The notes: a model not told the origin generated them from the letters alone. Shown: positions 39,722-52,720, counted from the stretch's first letter. The stretch is DNA of 64,000 bases from Marsupella aquatica (GCA_973895155.1 OZ316894.1:21299867-21363866); one strand, 5' to 3'. Numbers and translations: made by a program.

Positions 39722-40558
39722 ATGATGGCCAGAATTGGAAACGTTGGCCCCGAAGCATTCTCCCGAAGTGATCGCATCTCGAACGGATTAAGCACAGTGA
39801 TGCGCGACCACATGAGTTCTAGTCGGGTGGATATGCTATTGGGGCTGGCGTCGCCTCAGTCATCGTCACCTGCTTTTGATGTGATTGACTTGAATGAGGA
39901 GGACATCTGGGGCTCGGAAGAGAGCGCCAATTTTTCCAGCAATGTCACGACCAGTCCGGTGGCTGAGGTAAAGAAGTTTGAGATGAGTTTTGTTGGCGGC
40001 TCATCGAGCATTAGCAAAGAGGTTGTCGAGCCCGATCCTTTTAGATTCATCAATAACGGTAGAAGGTGGCGCAGCCGTGAAAAAGATACCGGGCTATCCA
40101 TGGCATACGGGGACGCCGGGCGAACCCGAGGGTTTCCAAGTCCTCTGAATCGAGCAGCTAATGTAGCCAATGGCACGTTCTCCCCCACCGCAAATGGGAA
40201 CAACGGGCGGACACCATCGCGGCTGATTCCGAATAGGGAAGCTTTGCATGCATCGTCTCCAAGTAGTAGGGTGCAGCATCAATCTGCTCCCGTAAATGTG
40301 CCCGACTGGTCGAAGATCCTAGGCGCAGAGAGAAAAGGCCCTTTCACTAAAGCTTTCGTCGATGACGATGTTGTACCTGAGAACGACGAAGATGAGGAGA
40401 GACTCCCTCCTCACGAGCTCATTGCTCGAGAGTATGCGCGGAGTCACATCACGACGTTCTCCATGTGCGACGGTGCTGGAGGGACTTTGAAAGGTAGAGA
40501 TCTGAGCCGTGTCCGCAACGCCGTGTTGAGGAAGACCGGCTTTCTGAACGATCAATGA
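39722..40558 (+). CDS. S40: Senescence regulator S40 / DUF584 family protein (single-exon CDS)
   Basis: DLNEEDIW motif, HQSAPVNVPDWSKILG, LPPHELIAREY and FSMCDGAGGTLKGRDLSRVRNAVLRKTGF. The first in-frame ATG is 39722; the ORF track start at 39569 is a TTG. Confidence 0.92.
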   Translation: MMARIGNVGPEAFSRSDRISNGLSTVMRDHMSSSRVDMLLGLASPQSSSPAFDVIDLNEEDIWGSEESANFSSNVTTSPVAEVKKFEMSFVGGSSSISKEVVEPDPFRFINNGRRWRSREKDTGLSMAYGDAGRTRGFPSPLNRAANVANGTFSPTANGNNGRTPSRLIPNREALHASSPSSRVQHQSAPVNVPDWSKILGAERKGPFTKAFVDDDVVPENDEDEERLPPHELIAREYARSHITTFSMCDGAGGTLKGRDLSRVRNAVLRKTGFLNDQ

Positions 40559-43500
40559 TGCGGGACCGCTCTCCCTCGTCACCACTGAACATCATAGCGT
40601 CAGCGACCGGGGGGGCTGAAAATTTTGCCATTTACTTTTGTGGAGACACTGCGGATGATGACGTTCGAGATGAGACCTCGCTTGCTCAAGGTTCAAAGGA
40701 AACTGCAAAGCTTTGATGACAATGTGAGGCCTTGTCTTGGAGATTGTAGAGACGGAAGAGGCTGTAGGAGATTGTCAATTGCTAGACGACATAGAAGAAA
40801 GTTGAGATACTCCCTCTTTCACGAAGACCCTTATTGTAATCTTAAACTGTATATTTTATTTAGGTAGAGACCTCAGTTACCCTGTTTTGGCCTTACTAGC
40901 CTGGCTGGTATTTAGCGTTTGAGAGATTGACAAAATCGTCCCGTTTCGGGACCCTGTAAAATCAAATTTCATGTTCGATAATTTTAAGTGATTGATGCGG
41001 CCTCATTCAAGCGAAGGCTTCTCATGATTCTTTATTCCAACCGTGGCTTTGGTGCGTGAGTGTTTTGTCTCACAGTGAATTGTCTCGTGGCACGCACTGA
41101 TAGTGCAGTGCAATCCGTCCAGGGTAGGATGACACGCAAGGATGTCTGATCCTCGGCCTTCGATTGTCTGTGCAGGATTTCGTTTTTTGTTCGGAATGGT
41201 TCTTTGAGAAATCAGTTTTGCTGCACTTGGGTGCTGCTATTCGTTTCCAGGGTTTGGCGATAGTGTTCCCGTTTCACCTTGGTGAAATTTGGCGCCGAGG
41301 AGTTACCGATCTTGTTTCCGATTCAGGAATCTTTGAGTTCAGATTCTTTTCATTCCCACTGGAGGACCAGTCTCAAGAGTCTTCTTCCTGATCAAGACCC
41401 GTCAAGGAAACTCTGCGATGATTGTTTTGTTACCTGCCACAGCAGTTATAGGGAACATTCATGTAACCTTTTAAAGTAAAGTTCGTACTTATGTTTCCTT
41501 AGCAGTGAAATCGTCCGAGCTCTTTGTTGAAGGATGTGGAATCGATGTAATATCCGGTGCGCACTACTTCGCCGCCCTCATGCATGGAGAAGAAATTTTG
41601 GGCGTCAGCTTAAAGGGTTTGTGCAACTCTCTGAGTCGAACTGTTATTGCTTGCAGAGTTGACCTCGTCTCAAAGCCTGAGTACCTTCTATCACTTGATG
41701 CTATTTCAAACATCCATGTGCATCTCTTTGGTTTGGTAATCAAACTGAACAGAAATGTACGTGATGTATGATGTGCGTCGATGCTTCTACGCGTTTTTTT
41801 ACCACGGAGCTATTCCTAACGTACTCTGTTTCCTCATGGTACTCGTGGAAGGACCTATTAGGGGTAGGCTTTGAAATTGTGCATGAACTTCAGCACGATT
41901 CTCAGAAGTGACGTGGTCTTTACTTAAAGTGCGTCTCACTTGTAACGTTCAGAACCTAACTAAGATGAAATAGCCATGACATAATGATTGTTCGATTAGA
42001 GTGTCGTCGTTTTTTGATAACAGAGCAAGAGTGAAAGTAATTGGGAACAGCTCACATTAACCGAACTTGACGTAGTATGAGAAGATGTATGTTTGAATTT
42101 CGATTACTGATCAATCTTCCAGTGAGTGAATGTGGGGGCGGAAGGAATGCTGAGTTATATGACACTATGGCGGGGTTATCCTGCTCTGTATGCTGTTCAT
42201 CTTTCGTTGTGAAGCTGAACTTCTAAGACTGTATAGCAACATGACCAAGGTGGGTGGAAACTCTTTCAATGTGATGTGCCAGTAGAGAAGGAATTCTCGA
42301 CCTGCCTGGACTAGTGGAGTGTCTCGAAGTATTTCAACCTAGGTTTTGAGGCTTCCAACTTGCCTGGACTAGTGGACTCTCTTGACGACGATACGTGCAT
42401 GGATGAGGGAAGGCAACCAATTAGGATGGAGTTGGGCAGCTGCATTAGTAGGAGCAGTAGCAATTCAACGATAGAGAGAGAGAGCGGAAGGAGGAGGAGG
42501 GTGAACCACTTGGGAATCCCGAGGAGGTGGATAAAGAGAGCGACTATTTTCATGGAAGGGAACGACATCGAGACCAGCGTTGGGTTCCTTGGTGGGGCCG
42601 GACGATGGCCCGCCTGACGTGTGCGACGCAAGCAAACTGCGATTAAGATATGTTTTTGTTACTTCTGGCCGACCCTTTCTCCGCAGAACAGTGGCCGAGT
42701 AAACTCCTTTCCGCACTTGTGACTGCATTCCGAATTCCCAGTCTGCAGCACTGTGTTGTTATCCATCCGCTCGGTGTCACGCACTGTACCACTGCAGGTC
42801 TCTCTAGCAGCTCCCTTCCGTCCACAAGTTCTTTCAAAATTGTCTCCACTCTTCCCGGTCGTCGTTTGCATTTGTTTGTATATACCAATTTCCTCTTCTC
42901 GAGAATCTGCCAGCCGTTCCATTACCCCCATTCCCGACCATCGCGGGGAGTTTCTCTGTACAGTGTGATCTGAAGACGACTCATCGCTGGAGACAAAAAT
43001 TCTGTATTCACGTCAGTCTTCAGTCCAACGCCAGTCCCCCGAGTCGTCTGCTTACTCTTTTCTGGTCTCGAGTCAGCTGTGCATTCTCTGCTCCGTACAT
43101 GCAATTGCCTTACCTCATTTTGGCAAGGTCTGCATTTCAGGCGATGGTGGCAGATGGGAGAAGGAAGGCTAGCCATGATGGTGATAATCATCACATTCGG
43201 TTCAGCATCGAGCGATTTTGGCAGCTCCGCCGGCACGCCAACTCTGTCACCTGCCAACTTTGTGGGACTCATTCAGTCCATTCTTTCACCTCTTCTCCGC
43301 GTTGCACCCTTCTTTCTCTTCACTCTAAGCCCTTCTTCACCTCTTCTATTAATTAAGATGAAGCATCCTCCATTATTTTCCTTTCGCGCGTTTAGAACAC
43401 ATTCCATTCATTCACATCCCAAAATCGGCTGCTTAGCAGAGAGTCCCACCCTTTCCATTCTCCCTCCTTTTGCCCATACAATTTTTGCCAGAGATTGTGT

Positions 43501-45028
43501 CTCCTCGCCATTATTACTTCCATAATTCCCCAAGCCGTGAGAAAGATGCTGTGCTCAGAATCCAAATCACTCTCACACCTCAATATTTCCCAAGAGCTCA
43601 GCGAGACCGACATTTCAAACCCTCCCCACGTATCAAGAGCCAGTCACGACGACGGTCATTGATGTAATTGGGTTAACGGAAGTCAGAGTTAAGATATTGG
43701 TAGTACGACATTTAGTCCTGTTATGAAAATGTGCTCATTCATCCTGGATGGATATTGTGACCGACAAACCTCAGAATCTTCATTATTGTTCAATACACAC
43801 GATAACCTGCACGAAAGAACAACACCCTCTTACCGTTTGAATCGCAATTAATTATCCAATTAAGTACTAACGCATCATTATTTCCCTCCCATGCATTATT
43901 CGATTGGCTTTCATTCCACTAGCCCTTTCTTTTGTCATGAGCGTGGTGGATCTTCAACTCTAGCAATTCGATTTGGGTGGGGCGATGCTTCTGCGATTCC
44001 GAAAGAAAACCTTCACGACAGCTACCAATGCGAATACTCCAGACGTAAGCGGCGGACACGACTGGAGCGTCCTGCCGGTTGGTTTCGACCTGCAATTCCG
44101 GAGCTTCACTACCTCAAACGAACCAGGTAATGATTATTTCCTTCTCGTAATGATGACGGTTCCAAACCCTAAACCTATCTGCACACTCAGCAAGGAAAGG
44201 GTATCGGAGACGCAAATATAAACGACATCGCCATGCCGATTACACCGCGAAACTGGTCTAGTCATCCGCATAGCTTCACTGCACAAAGGTCATACCGTAA
44301 TAATAACCATAATAATTTCTTCCGCGACCTCACCTCGACCCGATCCGGACACAGAAGTTTCCCAGCCGGCATTGCTCGCAATCAGGAGGGAATGTGACTT
44401 GGCGAGCTACGGACGTGACATGTTTCCCTCTGCATGATCTCGCGATTGCAGGCACAGGCAACAGGGCAAATGCAAGACAAGCCAATCCAATTATCCAATG
44501 CAAAGGCCAAGCAGTACAGTAGGTCTCGAGGGGATCGGCATTTGCGGTGAGACAGATTACAATTTGTGGCGTGAGAATCGGTGAATCCAGAAAATCTACC
44601 GTAGAATGGCGGACAACGAGTTCGGCGGAATGCGAGCGGATTAAAGGTTGCTTGCTCTGCATCCTGAACGACAACAAAACGCCCGTTTCTCACGGTGATT
44701 GCCGAACAAGACAGGAGCACAAGAGTTTGAGCAGAGACGAGAGAAGAGAGAGAGAGCGCGACAGAGAGAGATTGATTGACGATGATGATGTTCGTACGAC
44801 TGTGGTGTGCGTTGCTGACCGACTGCGCTCGACTGACTGCAGTACAGACCGGTACTGTGCTGCGCTTCTGCTGCGGGTACTGTCATGCATGGCATGGAAT
44901 GGCATAGGGCGTAGCATAGCATGGCACACGCCCGCGTGCGCTTTCTCGGTCGACAATCATCATCACTTCACAAGCGCACAGAAAATTCTATCGAGCGTGC
45001 CGCAGCCTCAAAAAAATGAGTGTACTGC

Positions 45029-45088
45029 TGCCCTGCCCTGCCCTCTCCTGCCCGGCCTTACCCTGCCCGGCCCTGCCCTGCCCTGCCC
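45029..45088. repeat. (CCCTG)n microsatellite
   Basis: Directly visible. Confidence 0.7.
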
Positions 45089-46019
45089 GAGCGGCAGCAG
45101 AAGACGGAAGAGAAGCGCGAGGAAACGGGCAGCTACGGAACAGATTTGCTACGGATCGCGTTCCCTGCCCGCCGAGGAGCGTGGGAAACGGGCAGGTATG
45201 ATGAGCTTTCACTATACCATCCACGGTATCGGCCAGTAACCGTGGTTACGCAGGAACAGTAACTTACACTCCAGCTTGTGACGTTCCAGGGCTCTACAAC
45301 ACTGTACAGTGATGATAGCTGGGTTCACGATTCTCAACTGCGGAACTAATTAGTTTTACTCGCTTCCTGACTTTTGTGGGTGGCCGTTTAAATTTTCCCC
45401 ACCAAAAAATGTTAAATAAGCTATTTTCCTGGTAAGCTTTACACCCATGGGAAACATGTGTTTGTGAGCGATCTTGACAAATGACACTGTTTTCCAGGGC
45501 CTTTTAAACATGTCTTTGTGACCAATTTCAACAGACAACACTCTTTCCTAGAGAGCACTCTTTCCTAGATAACACCCTTTCCTAGGGCAATGTGCATCAT
45601 ACACAGTTTGCAGGCTATTCCGCTATTGTGTGTGGAATTGTATTTCCTCCCCATTTCTCTAAGTTGCCCTCATATTTTCCAGCTCACCTTTTTGGGGAGT
45701 TTTTATTAGTACCAGTGCCCAAAATATACCAGTGCCATCCTAAATCTACTGTAGGGAGACGATGACTAATCTGGTAAAATTAGATCACGAAAATTCTTAG
45801 CATCTTCACACACAAAGTGACATTAGCCACCCGGGCAAAAAAGGAAATACACTAAAAGTTACCCTGGCCAGTGTAGGATGTACCCGACTGTAGAATGGCA
45901 AGCTTGACGGAGGTCTCTAGTTTGGTAGGACGTCTGCTAAAAGGGGAACATAATTTTTTGTCTGGTCCAGTAGGCAGGAGGATGGTCTACTAACAAGTAG
46001 AGACGGGTAGGCGTGCAAA

Positions 46020-46330
46020 ATGAGAACAACCGGGTCAATTGGGTCCACATCTAAAATTTGCGGCTGACCCTTGTTCTCTCTCCTTTATTGGGTCTCCTAT
46101 AGTTGGGATCTTGTCTCTCACAAGTTTGAACAACTTGGTCAATTGGGTCCACATTTAAAATTTGTGGCTGACCCTTGTTCTCTCTCCTTTATTGGGTCTC
46201 CTATAGTTGGGATGTTGTCTCGCAAGTTTGAACAACTTGGTCAATTGGGTCCACATTTAAAATTTGTGGCTGACCCTTGTTTTCTCCCCTTTATTGGGGT
46301 CTCCTGGAGTTGGATCCTGTCTCATAACTT
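46020..46330. repeat. Tandem repeat, about 106-bp unit x3
   Basis: GAACAAC...GGTCAATTGGGTCCACAT...GGCTGACCCTTG occurs three times. Confidence 0.9.
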
Positions 46331-47695
46331 GGCGCTTTTATTCTTTTGGCGGTGTGATATAATAAACTGGATAGATCAGTACACTAGCCAATAAATCTAG
46401 GGGCTCCTTGGTGCCACCAAGTTATTAGTCATGAATGCTGAATGTCCTTGCTAGTTTTCAACTACTGTAGCCAGGGCTGTACTCTAGAGTTGAGGGACTT
46501 CTCTATTTTGGTAGGAAGTAGGAGAATAGAATCTTTTGGTCTGGCCTGGTAGGTGTTGGGAGGACGGCCTCAAGAGGGCCAGCAAGGCTTGAGGGGGGGT
46601 GCAAAATGATTACATCTCGGGTCATTTTTTACTCTTTCTAGGTTTTTGGGGGTTTGCATATGAGTTTCATGTTTGTCCTCTCTTGATCTCTTTTTGCTTT
46701 TTCTCCATTGTACTTTTTTTTGGTAATTTGGTCCTTCTCCTTTAACTGGAGTCACTTTAAAACTGGTCGCTGTCCTTTTGCCATTATGCTTTATTTGGCG
46801 TTTTCTTAGTCAATTGCTCCTTCTTCTTGTATTGGAGTCCCTTTCAATTGGTGGGTGTCCCGATGCATAGAGTGGCTACCAATAAAGCAACAAGACGTCC
46901 GCCAGAGGCCAACGAGGCCATTGGATGGGACTGACTGTCCTGTCCAGTTTAGAGGCATAAAAGGACAAACCAACGTACTCCGTGGCATAATAGGCCTGCC
47001 CTAGATTTGCAGCTTCTAGTTCAGAAGTATATATGAAAATAGGTACAAGGGTGGGGCTGTCCTGAGTTGCAGCCCATCTGGAATTGGATGGTGTGTAATT
47101 CTTAGGGTTTTTACTATGCAGGGTCAGTCGTTCATTTTGGTATTGTGCAGGCTCTTTTTGGAGCTCTGATTCGCAATGTGGGACATGATTTCCCTCTGGA
47201 ATTTCGCTAGAGGGATTAGAAATTGGCAATTGTGGAAAGCCAGTTGCTCATTTGAGAAAGAGAAAATTTGTATTTTTTGTGTGGGAATAAGCTCCGACTA
47301 AGTCTTAAAATTGATTGGAATCATGGACTGGCTCTGGAAAAGAATGTTGGGCGTTGTAGAATGGAGTTGGTTGGTAGGATGATTGAAGACTTTGGTCATC
47401 TTGGAGGATTATATGGCTTGCATGATAAGATGCTAATGATGACTTCTGATCAATAGTGGTTTTTTGATCTGCCTTGAATTTTTGGTTTCTTACACTCTTG
47501 CTCATCTTGATTATGCTGTGAGCTGAGTATGCTAGTTACCTGTAGTTAGCGGTCTTTACAAATGGATTATTCTCCTGTAGATTTTTGTTGGAGTTCAGTA
47601 GTTCAGATTTTTTATTTTTTTGGCTTGATCTCTTCCTAAACTCTGGATTGAGTTGGCCCTCAGATCCTGATCTTTGCCCATGGATTTCATGGAGC

Positions 47696-50600
47696 TGTCA
47701 TGCCGAGGGACAGTGCCTCTTGTGCACATCGGCATGTCCCTCGCATGCCCGCTAGTATATAGTTAGGGCTAGTGTACTACTTGAGTTAGTGTCATGTTCT
47801 TGTAGCGAGTCTGGGCCGTTCTTGAAGCAAAGGTGTGTGTTAGTGTGACGCCTGGACCCGGTCCTACTTAGGGCATGTTGTTCTTTGCCATTTTTCAGTT
47901 CTTCTTGAATCGCTGTGAGACAGAGTTTCTCAGAGGCTACTCGTCGGTTCCGTACACGGAATTCACACAGTGATTCGTTAGATGCTCCCGGCCGATCTTG
48001 GCATCTCGCCGGTTTTCGATTCGATTTCAGTACGTTTGTTTCTATCACGCCCTTTATTCAAGAAGAACTGCCGAGTGAAGGGAAGAAGATCAGAAACGAT
48101 GTGTTTCTCAATTGCTCGCGACGGTCAACACTTTCCGTCGACAGCAGTGCAATTTATTTGAAGAAAAATCTAGTGATGGAGTTAGAGTTAGATTTTTCTT
48201 TGTATACACATCACTTATGTGTATACACTTAAACTTGCGGCGTGTGGGAGAAATACGGGAGGCAGCACTGGCCTGCTGGGAAGCAAAATAGGAAGGGCAT
48301 AATGAATCTGAAAATTCTGCTGTAAGGCCAAGCTGTGTAGCAGAGGACAACACACACTCACCCATATGAGCATCAAATGGCAAGCCATAGAAAGAGCGGG
48401 GTAGAGGTGCTGAACTGTCATCTCTACCACTGGAAATCGGTACTGGGATAGCCAAACCAGTGGAAGCATGCAATGGAGAAGAAGAAGGTCCAGTATATAC
48501 ATGAGATTGGACCTCCAAAACCGGTGTCACAGGGGCTGATGAAGAATGCAGTGAGCCCTGTAGCGCTCTGATGATAGCTCTAGCATCCAGCTATAAATCA
48601 TGGCAACTGAAAAGTGGAGTGGTAAGAATCCTTTGTGCCATACCGGAGGTGAAATGCTCAAGCAGCTCAGGAAAAACAACTCCCTGTGAAATGTCAGCAG
48701 CACCTGGTGGTGGAATGGATGTAGCTGCAACTCCCTCCCCCCTCGCCAACAAGGTGCGCTCTTCAGCAAGTGTGAGTGGCTGAAAAGACTGGGGCATGAC
48801 AGCCCGAGCTCCCCTGGCTCTAGTCATAGGACCAGCAGCAAGACCATCAGCCTGTACAATGCGGCGAAGTCCACGAAGAACTTTGCCTGGTTCGTGGCGT
48901 AGAGGTTTACCAGCGCGGCAGTATTGGCTGCTGGTCCTATGACTAGAGCCAGGGGAGCTCGGGCTGTCATGCCCCAGTCTTTTCAGCCACTCACACTTGC
49001 TGAAGAGCGCACCTTGTTGGCGAGGGGGGAGGGAGCTGCAGCTACATCCATAAAACTTTGAGGAGTTTTATTGGGTTGTGCAATTACTACCGGATCTACA
49101 TCAAAGATTTCAGTACCATTGCACACCCATTGTATGCTTTGTTGAAAAAGAATGTGACTTGGACATGGAGTACAGATGCTGAGGTAGCATTTGCCACTTT
49201 GAAGGAGAAGCTCTCAGAATACCCGGTGCTGAGAAGACCTGATTTCAGCAAGGTCTTTGTGCTACACACAGATTGGAGTGCCCTTGGGATTGGTGCCATT
49301 CTGGGCCAGCATGATGAGGAAGGTAAAGAGTACGTCATTGCCTATGCAACCAGGAGCAACAATCAGGCAGAGAGTCATTATTCTTCTTATGAGGGTGAAT
49401 GCCTTGCTGTTGTGTGGGCTGTAATACATTACAGGCCCTACCTCTATGGGACCAGGTTTGTTCTCTACACCGACCACCAGCCCTTGAAGTGGTTGATGAC
49501 CAACGACAAGCTTACTGGCAAGCTTGCTCGTTGGGCACTCATACTCCAGGAGTATGATTTTGAGGTAATTCATAGGCCTGGTGTGACACATCAAAATGCT
49601 GACACTATGTCCCGTAGCCCTTTGATTGCCTCTGATGATTCCTCAGATGCATGGCAGGATTTTGACCAGGTTTCCATCCTGCCTACATTTCATGCATCTA
49701 CCTATCTTGCTTTGCTGCCATGCTACATCGTTGACCAACCTGTGGTGGACATATGGGAGGACAGCGACACTCTGAGATTTTTGCAGCATGGGGAGTACCC
49801 CATACATGTTACTGCAACCCAAAGAGACCGAATTCAGCAAAGGTCCAAGCGTTACTTGTGGAAGGGAGATCATCTCGTGCGCTACTTGCCAGACAGGGAA
49901 GTGGTGGTTCCACCCATTCATGAGAGGGTTGGCCTTATCCGTAAGGTACATTCTGAGCTTGGTCATTTTGGCGTTAAGAGGACTTACAGCCTCTTGGTCC
50001 CTCATTATCATTGGAGAGGCATGCATGGCCAGGTTCAAGATGTTATTGCCCGGTGTGAACAATGTGATAGGGTGAGGACTTCTTTCACATCTCGGCAACC
50101 CACACTTCATCCACTCCCTATTCAGGGCATGTTTTATTGCTGGTCATGTGATTTGGCTAGAGAATTACCCCTCACATCTCGGGGTAATCTCTACATCATG
50201 ATCATGATAGAGCATTTCTCCAAGTGGATAGAACTTGTGGCATTGCCGGATAAGACCTCCCGTAGCACCAGCCAGGCATTCCTACAACAAGTTCTCAGCC
50301 GCTTTGGAGCTTGTGCAGAATGTCTCACTGACCAGGGATCAGAGTTCAGAGGAGAGTTCCAACAGCTGCTTGATCAGGCCCTCATTGATCATCGCCGAAC
50401 GTCACGAGATCACCCACAAGCAGATGGCTTGGCAGAGCGCATGGTTCAGACATGCAAGAAGGGCCTCCGGAAGATCTGCCTCACCAAAAACAAGGAGGAT
50501 TGGGACCTGGCCTTACCCTACATTGCCATGGGATATAGGATGTCCAGACATGCATCACTGTCTAACTTTTCTCCCTACTTCTTGTTGTTTGGTCATCACC

Positions 50601-51411
50601 CAGTTCCACCTTCTGCTATTGCTGCTCACATGCTTCAGGTGGTGGACTTGGATTCAGCTGTGACTTGGTCTGATGTGATCTCTGAGAGGGCTGCCCTATT
50701 CAGGAGGGTTATGCCCATGGCCATGGAGAATTTGGCCATTGCACAGCATAGGGACACACTGTGTTATGCACACACACGAGGGGGCACTTTTCAGCCCAAG
50801 GTCAGGAAGTTTGATGTCGGAGATTTTGTGTACTTGCAGCGGCAAGCTAACGACACCCTGGACACCTCTACCAGTCGTACTATTCTCAGGGTTAAAGCTA
50901 TTCGACCGTCTGGAGTGCTAGAGTTACAAGGGGCAGATGGGCGCACAATTGCTGACAATGCCAAGAATTGCGCCCCTTGTCATCTGCCTAACCTGGATCC
51001 CACCATTGTGACTTCTACCTGGATTCCACCTGTGGACTACCCTTGCAAAGTGTGTTTGCGAATTGATGATGCTGACCAGATGCTGCTGTGTGATAATTGC
51101 AATGGAGGGTACCATCTTTTCTGCCTTCGGCCTGAACTTACCCAGGTGCCAGAAGGGTTATGGTTTTGCCCTTCCTGTGCTCCACGTGCTACCTGACTTT
51201 TCTTCAGCCCTCCTTTTAGCTGTGGTCTGGGGGGGATACAGAGGTTTACACCTCCACTACGTACATACCACCTCAGTTGCTTTTTCTTGGCACTTGTGAA
51301 TGTGATTGGACTTTTTCTAAGGATGTTGGTTGTTAGCAGCTTGCACATATGCATTGCCGGTGACTTGTATATTTTCGATACACTATGGCTACGATACTAT
51401 ATGTCACGACA
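47696..51411 (+). mobile_element. Gypsy retrotransposon copy 2 (same family; internally deleted and rearranged; structure A-internal-B)
   Basis: Starts TGTCATG (47696) and ends CACGACA (51411). A 4-bp TSD GAGC lies at 47692-47695 and 51412-51415. A = 47696-48058, B = 51236-51411. Confidence 0.95.
49058..51196 (+). CDS. pol: Uninterrupted 3' half of Pol: RT connection, RNase H, DDE integrase, PHD finger (5'-truncated, no true start)
   Basis: 712-aa open frame nearly identical to copy 1, with LHTDWS, HHCC, D-D-E and a C4HC3 PHD at 51044-51178. Confidence 0.9.
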   Translation: MRSFIGLCNYYRIYIKDFSTIAHPLYALLKKNVTWTWSTDAEVAFATLKEKLSEYPVLRRPDFSKVFVLHTDWSALGIGAILGQHDEEGKEYVIAYATRSNNQAESHYSSYEGECLAVVWAVIHYRPYLYGTRFVLYTDHQPLKWLMTNDKLTGKLARWALILQEYDFEVIHRPGVTHQNADTMSRSPLIASDDSSDAWQDFDQVSILPTFHASTYLALLPCYIVDQPVVDIWEDSDTLRFLQHGEYPIHVTATQRDRIQQRSKRYLWKGDHLVRYLPDREVVVPPIHERVGLIRKVHSELGHFGVKRTYSLLVPHYHWRGMHGQVQDVIARCEQCDRVRTSFTSRQPTLHPLPIQGMFYCWSCDLARELPLTSRGNLYIMIMIEHFSKWIELVALPDKTSRSTSQAFLQQVLSRFGACAECLTDQGSEFRGEFQQLLDQALIDHRRTSRDHPQADGLAERMVQTCKKGLRKICLTKNKEDWDLALPYIAMGYRMSRHASLSNFSPYFLLFGHHPVPPSAIAAHMLQVVDLDSAVTWSDVISERAALFRRVMPMAMENLAIAQHRDTLCYAHTRGGTFQPKVRKFDVGDFVYLQRQANDTLDTSTSRTILRVKAIRPSGVLELQGADGRTIADNAKNCAPCHLPNLDPTIVTSTWIPPVDYPCKVCLRIDDADQMLLCDNCNGGYHLFCLRPELTQVPEGLWFCPSCAPRAT

Positions 51412-52299
51412 GAGCCTCCCTGATGTGGTTCAGGCTTGAACTTCTCCTGCCCTAATAGGGTGTCTGAATCTTCGTAGTCCGGGCTACCAACGGCAAAAAG
51501 ATAAGGCTGATACTACCACCAGGATGTGGCTTTCAGGCATGCATAACCAAGAGAAATTCGAGAGGGATTGTAGCCAGTTGGCCTGCCATTAGCAAAAAAG
51601 CCCAGGCAAAAAAGTGTGGTCGCCAACTCGGTCTCCCGCGCACTTTAAGTCTGCGTCCAGCCCAGCAAACTCTCCGCCCAAGGAAAAGCCTGAGTCTTGT
51701 AAGTTTGAGACGCCCTAATGCAAGATACCTCTTAGGTTAAATCTGGCCCACTAGTTTCGGCTTGGGAAAATATAACGGCCCTCCCTCTGTTCAATTCTTG
51801 TAAAGACCACCTCCCCTCTCCCCGCCCCCCCCCCAACAACAAAATAAACTTTATAGCTCAGGTACTGTAGAGTAAGGGCAGACAGCAGAGGCCCCCGGAG
51901 CAAAGGACACTGTAAATTGGGCAGGACAATTCTGGGCAGGTAATTGTAGGTCAGAGAGAGGGTCAGAGAGAAGATTTTTTTTGTCAGCGATAAAGGACAA
52001 AAACTTTCGGGCCAAGTCACAGGCCTCGAAAACCGGCCAATGATTCGGCCCTACAGTATATGATTATGCCACTGCCCGGCCATCCCGACTTTGTAACTGT
52101 ACCGCCCATCTCTGTCGCTTATCCCCTAAACTGACGGCCAGTATTGAAAGATTCTCCCAACGAAAATCTCTCTCGTCCGGATGCGGATCGTTGCGCAAAA
52201 CAAATCTTTCCGGCTGCCCGGGTGGCCCACCACATCTGGGCCTGCCCCTCCCTGCCCGCCAACGTGCGAGGAGTTTATGTGGTCCCTGTTACTTCTTTG

Positions 52300-52720
52300 G
52301 AGTAAAATTTCCCTTTTGACACCCAAAAATTCGAAAATGATGCTCCCATGTACCATGACACGTTTTACACCTTTACTCATTTCTTTACTCATTGACAATT
52401 TCCCTTTTTGACACCCAAAAACTCGAAAATGATGCTCCCATGACACGTATTACGCCTATACTCATAGACGCTCCCATAGACTACTAGACTTTCCACAGTC
52501 TACTCACTGACACTCCCATGGACCATGACATGTTTTACACCTTTGTTCAATGATGCTCCCATGACACGTATTACGCCTATACTCATAGACGCTCCCATAG
52601 ACTACTAGACTTTCCACAGTCTACTCACTGACACTCCCATGGACCATGACATGTTTTACACCTTTGTTCAATGATGCTCCCATGGACCATCATGTGTTTT
52701 GCACCTTTACTCATGGACAG
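52300..52720. repeat. Tandem repeats including a near-exact 119-bp duplication
   Basis: ATGATGCTCCCATG units; about 52430-52548 is repeated at about 52549-52667. Confidence 0.85.

Noticed and set aside
44547-45239. 230-aa ORF
   Set aside because: GTG start and built from GA and CCCTG microsatellites, with no domain.
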